A program made the translations under genes and the position numbers. A model generated the notes under the pieces. The model worked only from the letters and a program-made list of their open reading frames with translations. It was not told where the DNA came from and searched no databases. From Rickettsiales bacterium (GTDB taxonomy: Bacteria > Pseudomonadota > Alphaproteobacteria > Rickettsiales > UBA1997), in NCBI GenBank assembly GCA_047627215.1, contig JBLHTM010000001.1, positions 2,663 to 66,662 on the forward strand: a stretch of 64,000 bases of DNA, read 5' to 3'. This document shows, in pieces, positions 60,301 to 64,000 of this stretch. Position 1 is the first letter of the stretch. Each line of letters begins with the position of its first letter.

Positions 60301-60391
60301 AAAAAAATGGCTTTGCCTCGCAGTTAATTTGGATTGTCGTGCATTAAGTTATTTGCAACAATACAAACCAAATTAACTGCGAGGCAAAGCC
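60301..60391 (-). terminator. sdhCDAB terminator: unusually long hairpin (24-bp perfect stem) followed by T7
   Basis: ggctttgcctcgcagttaatttgg (60309-60332) pairs perfectly with ccaaattaactgcgaggcaaagcc (60368-60391). The 35-nt loop is partly self-complementary. On the minus strand it is followed by TTTTTTT (60301-60307). Confidence 0.8.
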
Positions 60392-60430
60392 AAAAAGGAC
60401 AGTTATTTTGAAGTAAAAGCAGGATTTAGA

Positions 60431-61222
60431 CTATGCCTTACGATCGGCAATCATTTGTTTGATCTTACCAATTGCTTTTGCAGGATTTAATCCTTTTGGA
60501 CAAGTACTGGTACAGTTCATGATTGTGTGGCAACGATAAAGCTTGAATGGATCTTCTAAGGCGTCAAGTCTTGAATCAGTTGCTTCATCACGAGAATCAG
60601 CGATAAAACGATAAGCTTGAAGCAAAGTTGCGGGTCCTAAATATTTATCACCATTCCACCAATAGCTTGGGCACGAAGTAGAGCAAGAAGCGCACAAAAT
60701 ACACTCATAAAGACCATCTAACTTTTCTCGATCTTCAGGGCTTTGCAACCTCTCTTTTCCAGAGGTTGGAGCTTCAGCTTGAAGCCATGGCTTGATTGAT
60801 TCATATTGATCATAAAAATGAGTCAAATCTGAAACCAAATCTTTTATGACGGGCATGTGAGGCAAAGGATAGATCTTTATGACATTAGAGCATTCTGAGA
60901 TTGGCTTTGTGCAAACAAGAGTATTAGTTCCGTCAACATTCATCGCGCAAGATCCACAAATTCCTTCGCGGCAAGATCTACGAAAAGTTAGTGAACTATC
61001 TTGCTCACCTTTGATTTTGATTAGAATATCCAGGACCATCGGGCCACACTTATCTAAATCAATTTCGAAGCTATCAATATGAGGATTTTTTTTCTCAATA
61101 TCTTCAGGATCAAAGCGATAAATATCGACTCTTTTAACATTTTTTGCATCTTTTGGAGCCGCAAAAAAATTTCCAGATTTTTTGTCAATTTTTGAATTTT
61201 TTGGAAGAGATAATTGAACCAT
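60431..61222 (-). CDS. sdhB: succinate dehydrogenase iron-sulfur subunit
   Basis: 263 aa. [39 protein letters not shown] cluster motifs. Confidence 0.97.
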   Translation of the reverse strand: MVQLSLPKNSKIDKKSGNFFAAPKDAKNVKRVDIYRFDPEDIEKKNPHIDSFEIDLDKCGPMVLDILIKIKGEQDSSLTFRRSCREGICGSCAMNVDGTNTLVCTKPISECSNVIKIYPLPHMPVIKDLVSDLTHFYDQYESIKPWLQAEAPTSGKERLQSPEDREKLDGLYECILCASCSTSCPSYWWNGDKYLGPATLLQAYRFIADSRDEATDSRLDALEDPFKLYRCHTIMNCTSTCPKGLNPAKAIGKIKQMIADRKA

Positions 61223-61310
61223 AGTAAGTTAGTTATTATTTATAAATTATTAGTTATAAGCTATGAAGTGAATAAAAATTCACCATTCATAACCCATAAT
61301 TAGTCATTGA

Positions 61311-63110
61311 TTAGTAAACCCTTTTCTTAGGAGGGAAAGATTGAACTTCATTAGTCAAAGGCTTAAGAATTACTTCACGGTAATCGATTTTTGTTTCACC
61401 GTCTTTATCGATCCACACGATGGAATGTTTCATCCAGTTGACGTCATCACGATCCTGGTAATCATCACGAGCATGTGCGCCACGACTTTCTTTGCGGTTT
61501 AAAGCGCAATTAATTGTCACAACTGCTTGAGATCTAAGATTATCAAGCTCCAAAGCTTCGACCAAATCACTATTCCAGACCAATCCACGATCAGAAATTC
61601 CGATCTCGTCAAAAGATTGGTAAATTTCATGCATTTTGTTTTTTCCATCAGATAAAATATCTTCATTTCTAAAAACTGCAGCGTGTTTTTGCATTGCTTT
61701 TTGCATTTCAAGCCTGATTTCTGCAGTGCCATATTTTCCACTAGAGTTTCTAATTTTATCCAATCTTTGGATTGCCTCTTTTCCGGCATCTTCTGCCAAT
61801 TCTTCGTGTGCAGAGTTTGGCTCGATGACTTTTCCAGCTTGAATTGCCGCAGCTCTACCAAAAACAACCAAATCAAGAAGTGAGTTTGAGCCAAGTCGGT
61901 TAGCGCCATGAACTGAAACACAAGCTGCTTCACCAATTGCCATCAAACCTTTAACTATTTCCATTTTACCATTCTTTAAATCAAGAACTTCACCTTTGAC
62001 ATTGGTTGGAATTCCACCCATGTTATAATGGACAGTTGGAATAACTGGGATTGGCTGCTTATTGACGTCAACGTTAGCGAAAATCTTAGCGCTTTCAGAA
62101 ATTCCTGGAAGTTTTGATGCCAAGGTCGCCGGATCCAAATGATCAAGATGCAAGAAAATATGGTCCTTATTTTCACCCACACCACGACCAGCATTTATTT
62201 CCATAGTCATTGCGCGAGATACAACGTCTCGAGAAGCCAAATCTTTGGCTGATGGAGCGTATCTTTCCATAAATCTTTCACCCTCACTATTTACCAGGTA
62301 ACCACCTTCTCCTCTCGCCCCTTCTGTGATCAAACATCCAGAACCATAGATTCCTGTTGGGTGAAATTGAACAAATTCCATGTCTTGCAAAGGAAGACCT
62401 GCACGAAGAACCATAGCGTTGCCATCACCAGTACAAGTGTGAGCAGAGGTTGCGGAAAAATAAGCTCTTCCATATCCTCCAGTTGCTATAACTACACTTT
62501 TTGATTTGAATCTGTGAATATTTCCTTCAACTAGTGATAGAGCAATAACTCCACGACATTCACCATCAACCATGATCAAATCAAGAACGAAATATTCGAT
62601 GAAGAATTGTGCGTTTTGCTTTAGTGATTGTTGATAAAGAGTGTGAAGAATTGCATGACCTGTTCTATCGGCTGCTGCACAAGTTCTTTGTGCCGCTCCA
62701 CCCTCACCATATTCTTTGGTCATTCCACCAAATGGACGTTGGTATATTTTACCTTCTTTTGTTCTGGAAAAAGGAACCCCATAATGTTCAAGCTCTATAA
62801 TTGCTTCTGGAGCTTCTTTACACATATACTCAATCGCATCTTGATCACCAAGCCAATCTGACCCTTTTACGGTGTCATACATATGCCATCTCCAATCATC
62901 TTCACCCATGTTTCCCAAAGCAGCAGAAATTCCGCCTTGCGCCGCCACTGTGTGTGACCTGGTTGGAAAAACTTTAGAAATACAAGCGGTGTTTAAGCCT
63001 TTTTCTGCCATTCCAAATGTTGCACGAAGACCAGCTCCACCAGCACCGACAACAATAACGTCAAACTCATGGTCAATAATTTCGTAATTTTCGATTTTCT
63101 TTTCAGTCAT
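61311..63110 (-). CDS. sdhA: succinate dehydrogenase flavoprotein subunit
   Basis: 599 aa. [21 protein letters not shown] (FAD-His), [16 protein letters not shown]. Confidence 0.97.
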   Translation of the reverse strand: MTEKKIENYEIIDHEFDVIVVGAGGAGLRATFGMAEKGLNTACISKVFPTRSHTVAAQGGISAALGNMGEDDWRWHMYDTVKGSDWLGDQDAIEYMCKEAPEAIIELEHYGVPFSRTKEGKIYQRPFGGMTKEYGEGGAAQRTCAAADRTGHAILHTLYQQSLKQNAQFFIEYFVLDLIMVDGECRGVIALSLVEGNIHRFKSKSVVIATGGYGRAYFSATSAHTCTGDGNAMVLRAGLPLQDMEFVQFHPTGIYGSGCLITEGARGEGGYLVNSEGERFMERYAPSAKDLASRDVVSRAMTMEINAGRGVGENKDHIFLHLDHLDPATLASKLPGISESAKIFANVDVNKQPIPVIPTVHYNMGGIPTNVKGEVLDLKNGKMEIVKGLMAIGEAACVSVHGANRLGSNSLLDLVVFGRAAAIQAGKVIEPNSAHEELAEDAGKEAIQRLDKIRNSSGKYGTAEIRLEMQKAMQKHAAVFRNEDILSDGKNKMHEIYQSFDEIGISDRGLVWNSDLVEALELDNLRSQAVVTINCALNRKESRGAHARDDYQDRDDVNWMKHSIVWIDKDGETKIDYREVILKPLTNEVQSFPPKKRVY

Positions 63111-63130
63111 TTTATTTTTATTTTTATTTT

Positions 63131-63484
63131 TTACGCCACTAAATGCATTTTCAAAATAGCCACAATCACCGCAGCTCCAGTCACAATTGAAAGAAAGCGA
63201 ATCAACATGATATAAAAATGCTTCTTCATTTTATTGGGAACATAATCCTCAATAACTTCTTTCATGCCCAAACTTCCGTGGTAAAGAGATGATATTACGA
63301 ATAAAATTCCCATAAAGGCATTAAGCGGATAGGCAAAAAATATTGGCATGAAGTTGATTGGATCAGAAACTATTTGCATGATTGACAAAACCAACCAAAT
63401 TACCAATGGAATCAAGGCTATTGCAGAAATTCTTTGCATTAGCCAAGAATGAGATCCAGTTTTTGTAGAAGGAGAAATTTTCAT
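63131..63484 (-). CDS. sdhD: succinate dehydrogenase membrane anchor subunit SdhD
   Basis: 117 aa with three TM helices. [16 protein letters not shown] motif. Position between sdhC and sdhA. Confidence 0.85.
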   Translation of the reverse strand: MKISPSTKTGSHSWLMQRISAIALIPLVIWLVLSIMQIVSDPINFMPIFFAYPLNAFMGILFVISSLYHGSLGMKEVIEDYVPNKMKKHFYIMLIRFLSIVTGAAVIVAILKMHLVA

Positions 63485-63499
63485 ATTATTGATATTTTA

Positions 63500-63919
63500 T
63501 TAAACGATGAATAGAACGTAGTATATGCTGGCGATAGTTAGGAATGTCGAAGCTAGTAAAACTATAATTCCATTACGATTAGCGATTTTTTTGTCAAATC
63601 CCTTACCAATATCCCAAAACAAATGACGAATGCCATTGCAAAGGTGATAATAAAGAGCCCAAGACCACGCTGCAGCAACTACAAATAAAGCATATGTCCA
63701 GAAACAAGAGCAAGCTACGCCTGAAGAGACTTCTCCATCAATCATTATCTCAACTTGGTATGTGTAATTCACGATTGCCCAGAATATTATCACAACACCA
63801 ACATAAAGGGAAATTCCAGTCAAGCGATGAAGGATTGATGTGAGAGATCCGATTTGTGGTTTGTAGATTTGAATGTGTGGAGAAAGAGGACGATTTGGGG
63901 ATAGTTTTTTTGAATTCAT
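63500..63919 (-). CDS. sdhC: succinate dehydrogenase cytochrome b556 subunit SdhC
   Basis: 139 aa. RPLSPHIQIYKPQIGSLTSILHRLTG motif. First gene of the sdh cluster. Confidence 0.88.
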   Translation of the reverse strand: MNSKKLSPNRPLSPHIQIYKPQIGSLTSILHRLTGISLYVGVVIIFWAIVNYTYQVEIMIDGEVSSGVACSCFWTYALFVVAAAWSWALYYHLCNGIRHLFWDIGKGFDKKIANRNGIIVLLASTFLTIASIYYVLFIV

Positions 63920-64000
63920 CTTAAATTTTTAAATGTTTAAATTTTTTGCTTATTTGCTTAATAGTAGATTCTAGAAGTTAGTTAAAATAAATCAGAATTC

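Noticed and set aside
1-64000. Search for CRISPR arrays, rRNA, tRNA, IS elements, integrases and prophage genes
   Set aside because: By eye there is no regularly spaced direct-repeat array, no tRNA T-arm (GGTTCGAATCC-like) context, no rRNA-like GC-rich block, and no transposase or integrase ORF. A tRNAscan/Infernal run would be needed to exclude small RNAs formally.

Overview
A 64-kb, very AT-rich and gene-dense bacterial chromosomal segment. About 55 protein genes are packed tightly, many with ATGA or TAATG start/stop overlaps. Gene content suggests a streamlined alphaproteobacterium (inference): sdhCDAB, nuoHIJK, CarD/CdnL, an AddA-type helicase-nuclease, an alphaproteobacterial-style sigma-32 promoter before dnaK, and iscR-iscS. 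Most genes are housekeeping: mnmG, msrB, ispH, dnaK, queA, pnp, rpsO, truB, bioD, def, purN, rarA, thiE, ftsZ, leuC, rpsD, secF, rpsT, serS, dapE, pgpA, radA, proC. I recognised no rRNA, tRNA, CRISPR array, transposase or integrase by eye. The non-routine content is as follows. (1) Two diverged copies of a ~161-bp imperfect palindromic element (24493-24654 and 39614-39774) share termini, size and nested-hairpin layout, with compensatory arm changes. (2) An accessory-looking surface-protein block (36268-42747) encodes a 988-aa autotransporter, an exported transglutaminase-like protein and a DUF748/AsmA-like membrane protein; palindromic copy 2 sits between the first two genes. (3) There are signs of gene decay: a purL ORF covering only the N-terminal half with its own terminator, next to a stop-interrupted thioredoxin-fold remnant; a start-less kinase-like reading frame; and a 570-bp spacer where dnaJ normally follows dnaK. 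(4) An isolated nuoHIJK block is followed by an exported DUF4116-repeat protein instead of nuoLMN. (5) A relatively G+C-rich, hairpin-dense 369-bp convergent spacer (57203-57571) is a candidate ncRNA locus. (6) Type IV pilus genes are scattered: TPR-pilT are translationally coupled, and pilC is embedded between def and bioD. No complete, clearly novel multi-gene system could be demonstrated from sequence alone. The palindromic element family and the autotransporter block are the best leads.
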